Positions 63,310-64,000 of a stretch of DNA of 64,000 nt are shown piece after piece. Location of the stretch: assembly GCA_947489525.1 (NCBI GenBank), contig CANLDW010000005.1:23626-87625 (forward strand), in the 5' to 3' direction. This DNA comes from an uncultured Psychrobacter sp. GTDB lineage: Bacteria; Pseudomonadota; Gammaproteobacteria; Pseudomonadales; Moraxellaceae. The position numbers were made by a program, and so were the translations under genes. Positions within the stretch are counted from its first letter, which is position 1. The number at the start of each line of letters is the position of its first letter. The notes beneath the pieces are model-generated. The model saw only the letters and a program-made list of their open reading frames with translations, did not search any database and was not told the DNA's origin.

Positions 63310-64000
63310 TTAAGTCTTCAACAACGTTTGTAGCGCTTCTAATCCTGCCATATCAAACTCATTGCCTGTTAACTGATCGATCATATCTGCCAGCTCGTTT
63401 TCAGATTTTTCTAGCTTCTGTGTAGTGTCTGTATAAGTATCGGCGTACTTATTGGCAAGCGCTTGCGTTTGCTGCGTTAAGTCACTAACCACATCGTCTG
63501 CCAGCTGCATCATGGCATTATAAAGCGGGACTATCCATTTATAGGTAAGTAGCTCGTTCACAGTAGCGTCATCTAGCGCTTCGATGGTTTCTTTGGTTTT
63601 TTGATGCAAGGCATCACTATCGGCTCTAATCTCAGCTTTGAGTGTTTTTTCTTCCTCTAACAAATCACTGATTTGCACGAGCCTAGCCTTATCGCTATCT
63701 TCTGCAAACTCATGCGTGGCTTGCAGGGTCTTAATATAGGCACTGACTTTAGACTTACCATAATCGCCGCCTTTGTTTGCCTCAATGTTGTGCCAATTGA
63801 CCGCGGACTCATTGGCGACATAATCAAGCCTCTCAGGTTTTTTGGGCTTAGTCTCCAAGAAGTCTAGATAACGACTGAGCGCTGTGATCTCAGGCGTTGC
63901 AATATCTGCATAGGCTGAGCTGAGCGCTTTGTTAACATCGCTGCTTGAGAAGCTACTACCGCTATCATTGAGCAGACTCTCTTTTTGTTCTTCATCCAGC
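63310..64000 (-). CDS. hsdM: C-terminal part of a probable type I R-M methyltransferase subunit (5' end outside the window)
   Basis: The reading frame stays open from 63310 to the window edge; codons upstream of the ORF-track TTG were checked by hand. Helical/coiled-coil C-terminus. The assignment rests on operon context only, because no methylase motifs fall inside the window. Confidence 0.5.
   Translation of the reverse strand, partial: LDEEQKESLLNDSGSSFSSSDVNKALSSAYADIATPEITALSRYLDFLETKPKKPERLDYVANESAVNWHNIEANKGGDYGKSKVSAYIKTLQATHEFAEDSDKARLVQISDLLEEEKTLKAEIRADSDALHQKTKETIEALDDATVNELLTYKWIVPLYNAMMQLADDVVSDLTQQTQALANKYADTYTDTTQKLEKSENELADMIDQLTGNEFDMAGLEALQTLLKT

Larger units (their letters stand above)
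46947..64000. mobile_element. tRNA-Ser-associated genomic island (integrative element plus defence cargo); the right end lies outside the window
   Basis: It starts at the tRNA 3' end and holds a P4-type integrase, AlpA, phage/ICE-type genes, type I R-M and pseudogenes. It is visibly AT-richer than the flanking backbone. Confidence 0.8.

Overview
The gene content looks like a gammaproteobacterial chromosome, probably Moraxellaceae or Psychrobacter-like. That assignment is an inference from a BfmR-like regulator, the gene order and the AT-leaning codon usage, and no search was run.

Positions 1 to about 46.85 kb are ordinary conserved backbone. They carry hisE, tatABC, an SF1 helicase, dusC, rppH, lgt, thyA-folA, uvrC and rpsP-rimM-trmD-rplS. 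They also carry an orphan EnvZ-like kinase, a bfmRS-like two-component pair and the complete atpIBEFHAGDC operon. Further along are znuA and the divergent zur-znuCB with a perfect Zur-box palindrome, cpdA, dksA-gluQ, murD-ftsW, sulP-usp, glnK-amtB, and a secreted NucA-like nuclease followed by a small acidic ORF.

A tRNA-Ser(GGA) at 46856-46946 marks the left junction of an AT-richer genomic island that runs off the right edge of the window, so it is at least 17 kb long. The island has three parts.

- **Integration end:** a frameshifted P4-type integrase preceded by seven WTAGACCAA repeats, and an AT-rich orphan gene with an RHH-like C-terminus.
- **Plus-strand block:** phage/ICE-type genes, each insulated by its own hairpin terminator. 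These are a YagK/Gp2-like protein with an HCH motif, a zinc-ribbon mini-protein, DUF932, a YqaJ exonuclease, a Cys-rich 300-aa protein, AlpA and two acidic orphans. The block includes a duplicated leader of about 135 nt.
- **Right end:** a decayed AlbA_2-type gene, an 830-bp gap with no large ORF that holds one small promoter-ORF-terminator unit, and a minus-strand type I R-M operon, hsdM(partial)-fic-hsdS-hsdR-orf143.

The most promising candidate for an undescribed system is that R-M operon. An apparently catalytically competent, self-inhibited Fic AMP-transferase is embedded in it with tightly packed gene junctions, and an unknown gene trails it. The orphan genes of the island are secondary candidates.

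No rRNA, CRISPR array or IS transposase was seen. All functional calls rest on motif recognition by eye, and no database search was run.
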